A DNA stretch of 64,000 bases from Bugula neritina (Eukaryota; Animalia; Bryozoa): the NCBI GenBank assembly GCA_964035545.1, contig OZ037766.1, positions 31,920,773 through 31,984,772 on the forward strand, in the 5' to 3' direction. The position numbers and the translations under genes are program-made. Position 1 is the first letter of the stretch, and each line of letters opens with the position of its first letter. Below the pieces are notes generated by a model. The model was not told the origin of the DNA. It was given only the letters and a program-made list of their open reading frames with translations, and did no database searches. Shown here piece by piece: positions 13,601 through 25,800 of the stretch.

Positions 13601-16600
13601 AGTTTGGTTTGAAAATTTTGTTTTTGGTAAAACTAAGGTTGCCATGAAAGTTGATACAGGTGCACAAGTTAATGTTTTGACAAGAGATATTTTTGAAAAT
13701 CTTGATGTAAGTAGGGAACTTAGAAAAGCTGGTACAAAGCTCACAGGCTACACTGGTCATGTTATTCCAGTGGATGGAGTCGTAGAACTGCCATTCAGTT
13801 TTAGGGGTAAAACCTACAAATCTGAGTTCTATGTAACCACTGCTAAAAACACACCTCTTTTAGGCTTGCCCACCATCAAAGAGCTTGGTCTAATAGGAAT
13901 AGATCAGGTAGAGCAAGTAGATACTGATAGCAGTAAGTTGATAGTTGAAGAATTCAAGGATGTTTTTGAGGGGTTTGGAAAATTAGACATAGAACACCAC
14001 ATTACACTAAGACCTGAGGCTAAGCCAGTAGTATGTAATGTTAGACCTGTTCCCATAAATGTAAAACCAAAGCTAAAAGCAGAGCTTGATAGGCTTGAGA
14101 AATTAGAAATTATTCAAAAATGCAATGAGCCTTCAGATTGGGTTTCACCCATTGTAGTAGCGGAAAAGCCTAACAACCAAATAAGACTTTGCTTAGATCC
14201 TAGGCTGTTAAACAAAGAGATCATGAGAGAGCACTATAAGTTGCCTACAACTACAGAGATATACAGCAGGATAGGCCAGTCAAAATTTTTTAGTACTCTA
14301 GATGCTACAAATGGTTTTCACCAGATACCACTTGATGTAGAAAGTTGTAAATTGACAACATTTATTACACCTTATGGGCGTTACAACTACAAACGACTGC
14401 CGTTCGGGTTAAATTCGAGTGCTGAGGTTTTTCATAAAACAATGTGTCAAAAACTAGGTGATATAGGGGGAATCGAAATCTATATTGATGATCTGCTAAT
14501 CCATGCACCTACTAAAGAGATTCATGACCGAAGGCTTAGGGAAGTTTTGTTGAGATGCCGTGAGATAAATCTGAAATTAAACTCTGAGAAGTGTGCTATA
14601 GGTAGGCAAGTAGTTAACTTTCTAGGCCATGAAATTTCAGGTGATGGAATTTTGCCAAAAAGAAATAGGGCTAAAGCAATTCAGGAAATGCTGACTCCCA
14701 CATGCAAAAATGATGTTCAACGATTTCTTGGGTTTGTTAATTATATGGGAAAATTCTGCCCTGATTTAGCAAATGAAACACAACCATTGCGACAGCTGTT
14801 GAAAAAGAATACAATTTTTATTTGGGAAAAGGCACACAATAACGCATTTGTTAAAATTAAGCAACTTGTCTCAAATGCACCACTTTTGAAGCATTTTAAT
14901 TCTGATGAAGAAATAACACTGCAAGTGGATGCTAGTTCATTTAGCTTGGGGGCAGTTTTAATGCAAAAAGGCCAACCAGTGGAATTTGCAGCCAAGTCAT
15001 TAACTGACACTCAGAAGCGCTATGCACAAATAGACAAGGAATTGTTAGCAGTGTTGTTTGGCTGTAGGAAGTTTCATTATTATGTCTATGGAGGTAGCAA
15101 ATTTTTTGTGCAGACTGACCACAAGCCTTTACTAGGCATAGTGGAGAAAAACATAGAGGACACAAATCCTAGAATTAGGAGAATGCTGCTTGAGTTAATG
15201 TCCTACGATTTCAAATTAGTGTACAAGAAAGGTAATGAAATGTACATAGCTGATATGCTGAGTAGAGCATCATACCCTGACATAGATACATCTGTAAATG
15301 TTGCTGAATTTGATCCTATGAACAAGTTGCCTGAAATGATATTTTGTTCTGACCAAGCTAAAGCAGAATACAAACAAGCAGTTTTGAGCGACAGAGAGCT
15401 ACAGGCACTCAAACTATTTGTAATTAATGGATGGCCGCCATATAGGAAATCGTGCAGCTTTGTTGGAAGAAAATATTGGCCATGGCGTAATGAAATTGGA
15501 ATTTGTGATGAATTTCTATTTGTTGGTTCAAAGCTGATAGTACCGATGTCAAAACAAACAGAAATTTTGCAAAAATTACATAAGTCACATCAAGGCATTG
15601 TGAAAACAAAGGCATTGGCAAAAACAGTGGTGTTTTGGCCTGGAATAAACAATCAAATTGAGGAAATGATTCAGTCATGCGTGCAATGTAGGGAAAACAT
15701 TGAGCAGCAATGTAGGCAGCCAATGATGGCTAGTGAGATACCTAAATACCCTTTTCATACAGTAGCAGCTGACTTGTTTTCTTTGGACGGGAATGATTTC
15801 ATGTTAATTGTCGATTACTTTAGCAAATGGTTAATTATTGAGCCATTAAAGACGACAACAAGCTCATCAGTGATTCAATGTTTTGAAAAAACATTTGCTG
15901 ATTTTGGGGTTGCATGTGTACTTAGAAGTGATAATGGGCCCCAGTTTACTAGTCGACAATTCAAAATATTTTTGAATGAACAAGGCATTGAGCATTTGAC
16001 ATCTTCACCAGGGTATCCACAAAGTAATGGGTGTGCAGAAAGGTACGTTAGGACTGCAAAAGCTTTACTAAAAAAATGCAAAGCTGAAGGCAGAACATTT
16101 TATGGTGGTTTGAGAAATTTGAGAAACACTCCAATAAGTGATAAAATACCATCGCCAGCTGTACTACTACAAGGTAGAGTGCTGCCGGACACTCTTCCTA
16201 GAGATTTGAAAACGCTTTTTCCAAATAGCTATGACAAACAGATAATTCAAAATGAATTTGAGATTGTCAAATCTACGCAGAAATTAAGTTATGACAGACA
16301 TGCTAAATCTGAACTTTCAGTTTTAAAACCTGGTCAGAGAGTTCGTGCAAAAATTAATGATAAGTGGATTTTGGGAAAAATTCAGAAACAAGACCTGACT
16401 GGTCCAAGGTCATACTGGGTAGTAACCGACGAGAATAAATTGTACCGTAGAACTAGAGGGGATATAACTTTAACAAATGAGCCTCAACAAATACCTACTC
16501 CTGTATTGCCCCCTATGCACAGATCTATCCCTGCCATACCTGGCCCTCCTATAGATCAAGCTGATGATTCAAACACTTCACAATCTGAAAATAGTTCGAA

Positions 16601-18793
16601 TGTAAATCCTCCAGGTGCATATAGAACTCAGAGAGGGAGGTTAGTTAGAAAACCAAAGAGATTAGGTTATGACATGTAGAATTAACAATAACATGCCATG
16701 GGTAGTAGTTGAGCTTTGCACCAGCACCTAGCAATTAATAGCATGCAGAGTTTGTATTCATTTATTATGTCATTATAATCATTAGTGAGAATTAGTTTAG
16801 TTGCATGCCAACTTTTCATCATGCTTATACTGTTGTTTTATGCTTTTCTATTATAAAACATTTAGAAAGGGGAGATGTAGTATAATGTTGTTTACAATTG
16901 CTGAGTTATTTATATACCTAACAGTAATATGCTATTAATACATATGTCGTAGATTTGTGATTCATTCCTATGTTATATATATATACCTTACACTTATGAT
17001 CAGCAGCAGTTCTTTCTATGCTGTCAAGCTGTATACTTTATACCTTACAATAATAAACATCACGATACATTATTCCAATGGTCTCATCTTAATTATTACC
17101 CACGCAAACGTACAACAAACAAGAAACATTACAGGTTTGGATTGTCACATAGAAATGGGTTGACTCTTTGTTCATAAAGTCACATCCAAAATTATGAAAT
17201 TACATGCTATCACTACATTTTTAAATGTCTGAATAGAATTTCGCCCAGTTAGATTAACTGAAAAGCCACAGGTTCCGGTAGTTTATTTGTAGGAAGTTTT
17301 CTCCTCTCGAACACCTCCAAATCTCAGCCCTTATTAATACTGTTGTCATCTCACAATGTAAACAAACATGATCAATATTGACTCTGTTTTAACTTTACAT
17401 TTACTCTGCTTTGAATTTTGCCAGATATTTGTTTATTTAGCAGTAAAACTGAAGAGTTGCATAAGTTTTGAATTTAAAAAAATAATAATGAAATAAACGC
17501 TGCTTGAATAGTTACATAATGCATATAAGTTAAAGCTAACCAATTTTCAAAATAAAAATAGCCATCAATTTGAATGAAAACAAACAGAAAGGAAATGACA
17601 TACAATAAACACTTTCAAGAGTTCAAGTGTAATTTAGTTCTTTAGAAACTGTAAACTTTAAAACTATTTCTCTAGAGGATTAAAACATTTCAGGCACCTG
17701 CCGAATTGCCTGACTATGTACAGCAAGTGATGTTACCAAACTTGTGCTTGTCTATTTGCTTCTACACTTTGGTATGATTGTGTGTTTTCAACTCTGAACT
17801 CTGTGGTTTATAGATTAAAAGATTTATTGACGTTGGTACAGGCCAGATGGCTATACAGGATGAGATTGAAAGATACAGTGATAAATATCCTGTGATTATA
17901 AGCATAATTTCTAAAATGCTGAGCTACCATGCAGCCTCTCGGCCAGAGTGTGACGAGATTCTAAGAAAACTTAACAACTCTATCAGCCCAAATTGTAAGT
18001 CGTTACCTTTTAGCTAGACTACTTCTATACAACATAAATGTTGATCTTAGTGGTTTCAATTACACCACTTACTTTATCTGCAATTTGAAATATATTAATT
18101 GAATGTTTTCATCATTTCGTCAACAAATTATTCACTTTATAAGACTTCAGAAGATGCAGTTTTTCGAGTATTTGAAGGATTTTCTAGTACAACTCATTTG
18201 CTAGTTTAACATTCAACTCTATTTCTTGTTAAAAGTCAGGAGTACTGAAGATGATCTACGCTGTGAGACGTCAACCTCTGACCCCAATGTGGCTCTCCTT
18301 CTACAGTCAAATTCTCAGGCTAGCACATCTTCCAGCACCCTATGCTATCTTGCAGCTGGTAATGAAGAGGTTTCTCCTTATTGTGAAGGTAACACATTTT
18401 TTACCCATATAACTTTCATGGAATTTAAGGGAAAGGTTTTTCCATACATTTCACATTTTCGATGGCGTATCACACAAAAAATAATATTGAATTTTAATTG
18501 CTACATGCTTCGGCATATCTTTCAAGTTTAGCTGTCAAGCAGCTGTACTCCAGAGTTAGTCATAAGACTGCATGGATATATCACGGTTGTTTCTATATTT
18601 AGTACTATTCAACCATTTAGGTGCTGTTACCGCAACTGGGGATAGCATTGTCCAGCCATTGCTTTCAACACCGTCACAGACCGGTGAGCAGGGTGAGGTG
18701 GTTGAGGCGGAGGTGCCCGAGTCTGAGTTCCAGACTCTGCCCAATGACATGATCAGACCAGCTGATGACAATGATGAGGATGAGGGTTTCTGA
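7619..18793 (+). CDS. Divergent Ser/Thr protein kinase, paralog B (spliced; LTR element in one intron)
   Basis: Exons ~7619-7648, 7870-7956, 8082-8144, 8371-8451, 8949-9044, 9553-9678 (LGSGGFGTAYKA…ICLK), 10153-10297 (KE…LGLEYFDG), ~11496-11661 (FHCDIKPDNILY), ~11810-11918 (LIDFGLA…GGTTDYMAPE), 12216-12395 (SDLFGLGATL), 17814-17994 (KMLSYHAASRPECDEIL), ~18236-18388, ~18621-18793 (…DDNDEDEGF*). Complete catalytic motif set. The start codon is uncertain because the frame stays open to the acceptor at ~7583. Confidence 0.85.
8480..8948 (+). repeat. ~28-bp intronic minisatellite ending at the 3' splice site
   Basis: ctgctatacatgtcactttacttataac units; the last copy reads catgtcactttAG and is the acceptor of exon 8949. 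Confidence 0.9.
12452..12709 (+). repeat. 5' LTR (258 bp)
   Basis: TG…CA termini; reads identical to 16876-17133; AATAAA at 12628-12633. Confidence 0.96.
12710..12723 (+). other. Primer-binding site complementary to the tRNA-Leu 3' end
   Basis: TGGTGTCAGAAGTG immediately follows the 5' LTR and is the reverse complement of …CACTTCTGACA-CCA, the 3' end of metazoan tRNA-Leu(CAA). Confidence 0.85.
12744..16679 (+). CDS. Gag-Pol polyprotein (Gag, 2x CCHC, protease, RT, RNase H, integrase), 1311 aa
   Basis: CHSCGSSH…C and CNKCGKFNHFAKVC knuckles; protease VDTGA; RT LPFG…YIDD; RNase H VDAS…TDHKPL; integrase H…H…C..C, DLF/SDNGPQF/SNGCAER. The order PR-RT-RH-IN is Gypsy-type; no stops or frameshifts. 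Confidence 0.97.
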   Translation: MATRAPSSFDFTNPSGWGEWIRRYSRYHNVTKMSKEADDLQIDSLLYTMGEAAEDIFIQLPLTNDDRKKYDKVKEAFDTYFKPRTNKAHHIVQFNGRTQEPNENNEEYIRALYSLAQHCEFGNAVNDNIKYRLLTGMKDKALSIELQQLTEDQLTLENVTQRMRAKEIIQRNLASAAPEQPADVDAIRKRDYSNNFQPKKHTMDIINNCHSCGSSHRRRHCPAYGKSCNKCGKFNHFAKVCRSKAITKSTTNAVQVPDATTDVNEEPCMLNVGLCSNVKLNACNSSVWFENFVFGKTKVAMKVDTGAQVNVLTRDIFENLDVSRELRKAGTKLTGYTGHVIPVDGVVELPFSFRGKTYKSEFYVTTAKNTPLLGLPTIKELGLIGIDQVEQVDTDSSKLIVEEFKDVFEGFGKLDIEHHITLRPEAKPVVCNVRPVPINVKPKLKAELDRLEKLEIIQKCNEPSDWVSPIVVAEKPNNQIRLCLDPRLLNKEIMREHYKLPTTTEIYSRIGQSKFFSTLDATNGFHQIPLDVESCKLTTFITPYGRYNYKRLPFGLNSSAEVFHKTMCQKLGDIGGIEIYIDDLLIHAPTKEIHDRRLREVLLRCREINLKLNSEKCAIGRQVVNFLGHEISGDGILPKRNRAKAIQEMLTPTCKNDVQRFLGFVNYMGKFCPDLANETQPLRQLLKKNTIFIWEKAHNNAFVKIKQLVSNAPLLKHFNSDEEITLQVDASSFSLGAVLMQKGQPVEFAAKSLTDTQKRYAQIDKELLAVLFGCRKFHYYVYGGSKFFVQTDHKPLLGIVEKNIEDTNPRIRRMLLELMSYDFKLVYKKGNEMYIADMLSRASYPDIDTSVNVAEFDPMNKLPEMIFCSDQAKAEYKQAVLSDRELQALKLFVINGWPPYRKSCSFVGRKYWPWRNEIGICDEFLFVGSKLIVPMSKQTEILQKLHKSHQGIVKTKALAKTVVFWPGINNQIEEMIQSCVQCRENIEQQCRQPMMASEIPKYPFHTVAADLFSLDGNDFMLIVDYFSKWLIIEPLKTTTSSSVIQCFEKTFADFGVACVLRSDNGPQFTSRQFKIFLNEQGIEHLTSSPGYPQSNGCAERYVRTAKALLKKCKAEGRTFYGGLRNLRNTPISDKIPSPAVLLQGRVLPDTLPRDLKTLFPNSYDKQIIQNEFEIVKSTQKLSYDRHAKSELSVLKPGQRVRAKINDKWILGKIQKQDLTGPRSYWVVTDENKLYRRTRGDITLTNEPQQIPTPVLPPMHRSIPAIPGPPIDQADDSNTSQSENSSNVNPPGAYRTQRGRLVRKPKRLGYDM
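16876..17133 (+). repeat. 3' LTR (258 bp)
   Basis: Follows the PPT and is followed by the TSD GGTTT. Confidence 0.96.
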
Positions 18794-18815
18794 TAGTTGG
18801 CAGTAAAGTAGCACA

Positions 18816-19085
18816 TTGTACATTGTACACACTACACTGTACACACTACACTGTACACACTACACTACACTGTACACACTACACTGTACACTGTACACAC
18901 CACACTGTACACACTACACTGTACACACTACACTGTACACACTACACTGCACACACACATTACACTGTACACACTACACTGCAGGCACTACACTACACAC
19001 ACTACATGGTACACACTACACTGTACATTACACACTAGAGGCACTACACACTACAGTAACTACACTATAGGCACTACACTGTACG
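18816..19085 (+). repeat. 14-bp-based minisatellite (actacactgtacac) just after the kinase B stop codon
   Basis: Direct inspection. Confidence 0.9.
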
Positions 19086-20046
19086 AGCAGTGCTAAATTC
19101 TACATATCTGATAAAACAATAAATAAGACAGGAAATTTAGTACTATTATACTATAGTTTCTATATTCATGTGTTTGATTATGAGTATATCTCACATGTAT
19201 CCTGCATGGCAAATTGAAGTGATAGTCAACCAATGCATCTCTCCTTCACCAACTCTTTTATAGCCTTGTGTTTGTTTTTCCGAATTTATACACTTTCTAA
19301 CAAGTTCTATATTTTACTGAGTATAACAATCAAAATAGTTGTTCTATATTATCTATTTCTATATTATTTATCTGTAAAAGCATGCTCTTTACAAGTTTTG
19401 AATTTAATTTATATGACTTTTGTACCAAATCTGTTTGCAGAAAACATTTCATGCTTCATTTTCTGACTTGCTTCTTTCTTGGTAAAAAACAGTTTCCTCT
19501 GAATGTTTCGTGTGAATACAACTTACAAAATAAATTGTTATTATTTGTTTTACTTCTGAGGTAAAAGCTGACCTATATATGCACTGAACTTATGGGCAAC
19601 TCTAAATGTTGTGCAAGTGGCCATAAAATACTTTCACTGAATTTTTATGTCATGCACTCTCATGTCAAATTGTAAGAAACATTGTATTACTGAAATTAGC
19701 GAGATGAACATAAATGGATTTTCAGCTTGCTCTCTAAGATTGCTAGTTCTAGATGGAGTTGCTACATTACTATAAGAGTCTTTATATATATGTATTGTGA
19801 TATGTACTTGATGAATAAATCATAAAAATTACACCATAAGAGAATTCAAACAATGGCTGAGTTCGCCTTAATTCAGAATGAATGAAAAGCATAGAGTAAC
19901 TTGGCAGATCTCTGTATATACATAAGAACATAGTTCAAGTGTCAACTGCAGGGTGTAAATATCCCATCATATTATGTTGATGCCAGAAGTAAACTAAATG
20001 ACCAGAAAGCTAACTGGCTCATTCACAGTCTAGTTCACAGTCTAGT

Positions 20047-22342
20047 TCACGAGTCACCAGAGTAAATATACTTATATTTGCCAGTTTTCTTAACTTTGTG
20101 GATGGCATTTTTCTGCATCCAAGTGGGCGGTAGCTGATCATGGTAGACTCCAGGTTTGGTTGGTTTGGCCAGAGGGTATGGAAGTTGCTGGGATTCTAAG
20201 GGTGAATATGGAGAAATCTCGGAGAGGTGCTCCTTAATAACTTCCTCAGCTACTTCCTTTTTGTCTCTATATTTGTCCAGATAACTACAAAAGAATGAAA
20301 ACTGCAGAAAATCTTTCCTAAAAAGTATTTAAGGAAAAATTGGCAAATAAAGGTGGCCAGGAGTAGAGTGAAGACAATTTCCTAATGTATTTAGCACTTG
20401 GGCAGTTCTACAGGGCCTGCTTAGGCTTACAGGCAATGCTTAGGCCGGCAAATGAATCTTCAACAATGTTGACCTCTGAACTAGCAGCCATATTGAAAAC
20501 AAATATGTATTCTACTCACCTCTGGAAAGGTTGCTTTGGGGCGTGCTTAGTTTGCGTCTTGCGTATGATAGGTGGATAATCATAAGCGTAAGCTGGTTCA
20601 GGCATATCTGAATGAGAAATGCATTCATAATTAGTGACTTCACATAGTCAACAGTAGAATATTCACAACTGGCACACTCTCAACTCGTGGGTCACCACTT
20701 TTTTATAAACAAACATTAAAAATCCAAAATATAAAATTGCACAAGTAACTATAAAACTATAAAATTGCACTAATAACAGCAAGTAACATCAACAGCGAAT
20801 TTTCAACAGTTGAATCTACTGGCTGTTTTGTGCGAGAAATGATTGGCATTAACATGTTCTAAGTGCTGCAATTAGAAAAAATATAATAACAGTGAAAGAA
20901 GTAATAGTGAGACTATTATTAATAGCAGCAGCAGCAGCAGTAGCAGTATTAGTTGTATTAATACTTAATAGTAGCAGCAGGTACCTAAGACATGGTGGAA
21001 AATGTGTTTAACCGTTGGGTCCCATTCACTTTGGAAGAATCGAACATCAACAGGGACCACACTGCTTTGGTCTAACTGAGAATAAAAGTTGGAAAATGAG
21101 AACTCTCTGGATGCCAAATCACCTTCAACAATGTCCTAAAATAGAATAACTGCTTGTAATCACACTATGCTACAGTTTGAGTTATCAAAATAAAGTTTTA
21201 CAAATAAATTTCAGGCCTCTAATTTTTTAAGATTGCAACCCAAACAACCAATGGGACATCTTTTATCTACGACAATGACTCATTCATCCCATGTCTACTC
21301 ATGAAACACATATTTAGAGGATTTTTGGTAAAATGAAATAATAAATAAAATATTTACAAATATAAGACTAGAATATATTTTACCGGAAAGAGTGATAGTG
21401 AAATTTTTGATTTGTGCTCAAGCAAAACAAAAACATATCGATGAAACCCAGTTCCACGCAGAGGAATAGCTTGCAAATAACTGCAATCCTCACCACTTGG
21501 CAGTCCTTCATCAGAAGTCATGTTTGCTTCAAAAGAAAAATGATTGAAATAGTAAAATTTGCTCATTAGGCTTAGCTACTAATAAAAATTAGGAAACATA
21601 CAAATAAAATATAATAATATATAACTATCATACCACAAAACCAATGAAGATATTCCCCATCAGCATTTTGCAGATGCCCATCAAGATTTACTAGAAGTAA
21701 AGTATAGTAATTCTCTGACTTTCCCTCAAAACCAACTGACGGCGCCTTCGAGGTAAGTTCAGGGTGAACTTTATTTCCACGAAAAACGGGAAGCACTTCA
21801 TTTGAATCTAAATCAAATGCTATTCGTAAGTTAACTGATGAATCTGGATAAAATACCACGTTGTTAACGGGGACATTTAATAAATCAGACAACACGCCAT
21901 AGTGGTTTAGCACTTCGGATGCTTGGACTGGATCACTTTCCAGCATGTATGTGTCGTTAACACCAGTCAAGTCGATCGGCTTCAAACCAGCTTGATCAAA
22001 GCGACTAAGTAGTAATGAATTACTAAAACGCTGCGCTCTAGTAGTGTGTTTACGAAGTCGTTCTTTATTTAAGCTATGGCCTTGCTGGTCTTCAATTGGA
22101 AGCCCATCTCTTACTTTAGGAAGACCATCACCAAAAGTTATGCTAGCAGTATGAGTATCTGGAGATGATTTTTCTAATTTAGAAAGTTTTTCTTGTAAAC
22201 TTTCTGTAATAAATAAACGTTCAAATTCATACTCCGGATCTGTACGCAAACTTCGTTTCACATTGAAACATACAGGAACGTTTGGAGTGAAAAATGTATT
22301 TAATGAAAGCTTTTTACAAGCATTTCGACAAAGGGCAGCCAT
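20047..22342 (-). CDS. MRPL38: Mitochondrial large ribosomal subunit protein mL38 (PEBP-like domain), 5 coding exons
   Basis: Exons 22342-21634 (basic presequence-like N-terminus; YTLLLVNLDGHL…EYLHWFC), 21526-21384 (YLQAIPLRGTGFHRYVFVL), 21135-~20984 (FFQSEWDPTVKHIFHHVL), ~20607-20520 (MPEPAYAYD…QPFQ), ~20284-20047 (YLDKYRDKKE…*). Motifs are typical of metazoan mL38. Confidence 0.92.
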
Positions 22343-22820
22343 TATATCTAAAACCAGATATCCTAACTTGAGAAAACAACAATTTTCTCGCTAATCTATA
22401 GGCCACTTCAGTACTTTAAATCTCTGTTTTGCAAAACCGGTCTGTGTCACGGCCACTTAGCAAAACAGTTTTCTTTTAGAGTTATCTACTCATAAAAATG
22501 CTAATTTGTTTTATTGGCCCATCGTACACGTTTTGTCACAGTGTGGCCCAATGATAAAAAATAGGCGTGGTGTTAAGTCAATAGCACGTGGCGATCTTTA
22601 AATCAAGCGGGGAGTTGGATAGTTCGACTTCGTGCTTTTCATTCATTTCTAACATTCAATCATCTCTGTAAATGTAAGTGTAAAAAGGCGACGAAGATTG
22701 GAGATATATCAATTATTATCTTATGCTGACTACTAGTACTGGCAGGCATTAGAATTGTAGCTATTTTACATACTTACGGATAATTTAAATCTATTACAAC
22801 AAAGTGAAACCAGGTAAATA
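22343..22820. promoter_or_regulatory. Putative bidirectional promoter between MRPL38 (-) and the Fat-like 5' UTR (+)
   Basis: Opposed CCAAT boxes (ATTGG ~22513, CCAAT ~22547), E-box CACGTG ~22585, locally CpG-richer, plus-strand donors at 22674 (GTAAGT) and 22814 (CAG|GTAAAT). Confidence 0.4.
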
Positions 22821-25800
22821 GAATTAAAAAATACTAATTATTATTAATATTATGTCATTTTGATTTTGAATACCTTTGAAATTGAAGATATCGAACACTC
22901 AAGACGAGGAACACATATCATCTTGATCTTTATCTTATGCCTATGGTTAATATTACCTACTATTGTTATACTTATACGAGTTCCTCGTTTATTCTACAGT
23001 GTCAGTGTGCAATTTACTTAACTTCGTCTACAGATTAACTCACAAAACACAAACAGTTATTGTTAACGTTCAACTCTTAACAATAAGTGGATGTTCTGTT
23101 AATTCTTCAATGTATGTTTGTTCTGGTGACTCTAAATTTAATGGTTCTTGGCAAGACACTACCGGGGAAGATGATGAGCTAGTGAGCAGCAGACGTAGTG
23201 GTTATTAAGTTTAACGTTTAGCGTTCTCACTCTTGTGATTTCATCATTACATTGTCATTAATGATCAAATACTATGGCAAGTGTTAAGTATTGTTCAACA
23301 TTTAGTTTGGTTTTACTCATCAGCTAGAAACTTCAAGTTATTTATTAATATTATAACGGGTTACACTTACTGTCGTTTGTACACAAACTGCTGACCATTT
23401 CGTACACAAAATAAATAATAAATTGACCACTGGAAATCTCCTTGAATGATACTAGTTTACTTATTTCTTACAACCTATGTCACCAATGGATCAATGTTGT
23501 ATATTAATCTATTAGTATAAAACATGAAGGCATGAAAAGTGCGAGTATTGTATGACTCACACATCAAATAATAAATAAATACCAAACATATGTATTTTGG
23601 TTAATTTATATTAATGTGTACGACCTGAAAAAGTGTGTACTACGAAATGACCTGCACCCTATTATAACTTATAGCTGTAAATTAAAGTTTAATTTATATT
23701 AACGTTGCGATTGCTACACTGACCGTGTTAGTATTAACTTTCAATTTATTTTAATAGTATTCATAAAATGCTAGTTTAATAATGTTTTGTTTTAGTGTTC
23801 GGTTTTGTTACGATAAATTATGCATTATATGTGAATTAACGCAATGGTTTAAAAATAGATTAATTGTAAAAAGTAAACATAATTTTAGATATACTATTAC
23901 ATATATGCATCAGATCTAATATATCTGTACATGTGAGACATGTAGGTACTAAAACTGTACTGTGGTTGAGTTAAATACATCAAAGTGAATACTTGAACCT
24001 CATTGTCATAAACTAAAGATCATTTTAAATATTTTCTTTAATTAGGAAAATTACCAAAAGAATTCAAAACAACACTTGTAGGATAAGTTGCTTGTTATAC
24101 TTCCTTTTAAATTCCTCTGTAAGTTCAGTCTTTGTTTACTCTCTCCACTTTGCACATTGCTTTACCTATACTACCAATTTTTTGGGCTTGCTAGGATAGT
24201 AGTTAATGGAATGAGGATTATAGTCTTATTGCTGTTTCTCATCTTTTGTCACTTTACAACACCAGCAAGTTGAATAGCAACAGGCTTTGCTACTAATTGT
24301 AGAAACTATCTGTAGAAAATTGAATAAATTCACAGTCATAGCTCAAATGGTTACAGATGTTTTACTTGGTTTAAGTTTGGTATCAATTATATTTATTTGA
24401 CTTTACTAGTTGACACTGTAGTAGAGGAATAGAGTTAGGACACAGTTTGTATCTATTATTTATACTCTGCCAGTCCTGCTACTGCTCTGCCATTGTTCTA
24501 TTAATGTTGGATCACTTTGGAACTTTGGAACACTTTGTTACTTGTAACTTGCCACTGAGTGCCATAGATTTTTAAAGGTGATGATGTTAAAGTATTTTTA
24601 ATAATAGTTTTAGTTGGAACTGTGTTATCATTTTTTTTTGTTTTCAAACTGCACCATTGTCAACTAAATTGCCCATCCCCTACCTGCTCAGCCCCCCCCC
24701 CACTGGGCAATCCTTGTTCTCTGATTGGCCCAATTCAGGGTTCATATCAGCACCATTGTCTTCTGTTACTCATCATTGGCTTTATCTTCTCGTATAGATC
24801 TATTACCAGTTCATTGATATGGTTTTATTATGTATTTGCACTTCCGATAACCTATCAATTGCTCATTTAGCCATAGTTGAGGTTGGTGGCAGTTGTATTA
24901 GTCCAGTTCTACTCATTGTTGTCTTTCATATCACAGTCGCCCCTCAAGGAATGTTTTAATTGATTCCCATCCCCAAAGATGCCATGTTTGTTTGCTCAGT
25001 CAACTCTGCAATAGATTTCTGTTGTTCTTGAGTACTGAAAAGTTGTTTCTCACTTGGCTATATGCTTATTATAACTTGAGGGACCTTTTCTGTAAAACTT
25101 TTATACTCAGATAAAGTGTGGGTTCTACAACATTTAATTTGTAAGCTTGTTTTAAATTAATTTTTGTTTACACTTTAATTAATTACCAATCAACAAATAC
25201 TTGGCAGCTGAGTATATATGAAACTCATTGATTTACTCATTCGTCAGACCCTCAGTTTAATGAATTACTAACAACTTACTTTACAAAGGTGTCTCCCCTA
25301 CCAAGCTACTTGGTTAAGCCAACCCTAAGTTAATTTAGTTTCATTTCACCAAGCATCAAACTCAATAGGGTTCTTCCATCTTTCAGTAGATATTTGCTAA
25401 ATGGGATTTGTCGAGATTTATGTAACAAATTGTTTGTAGTACCTATTGTAAGTTTCATTAAAGAATAAAATGAGCAAGTTGAACCACCAAAATGGTGGTT
25501 TAACTATTTCCTAATATAAGCAGTATTTGCTGCTGTGTTTAGGCTGCTTATAATTTTCATTAATAAGTTGTCCGAGGTTTTAACTGTGGATTGTACAGAC
25601 GTTAATATCTCCTATCTTCAACCAACTAAAATATCAAACTGTGATGATTAATAAAACCAGACTGAGCAGTTCGCACACCCAGTGCACTGTACGCTCTAAG
25701 GCCTGTACTGTCCGCCGTAGGCCTGTGCAGTTTCGACTTGCCCATACTTGTTGTCCCAAGTTAATCCTTTGCACTTTGAATGAAGGAGTAATTCAATTTC

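Larger units (their letters stand above)
12452..17133 (+). mobile_element. Full-length Ty3/Gypsy LTR retrotransposon (Mag-like), 4682 bp
   Basis: LTRs 12452-12709 and 16876-17133 (TGTAG…TTACA); 5-bp TSD GGTTT at 12447-12451 and 17134-17138; PBS at 12710; PPT agaaaggggaga at 16864-16875; single gag-pol ORF. Confidence 0.97.

Noticed and set aside
13129-16081. Antisense ORFs within gag-pol
   Set aside because: Short shadows of the long sense ORF with no motifs.
16680-16875. Possible env gene
   Set aside because: Only ~195 bp between the pol stop and the 3' LTR.
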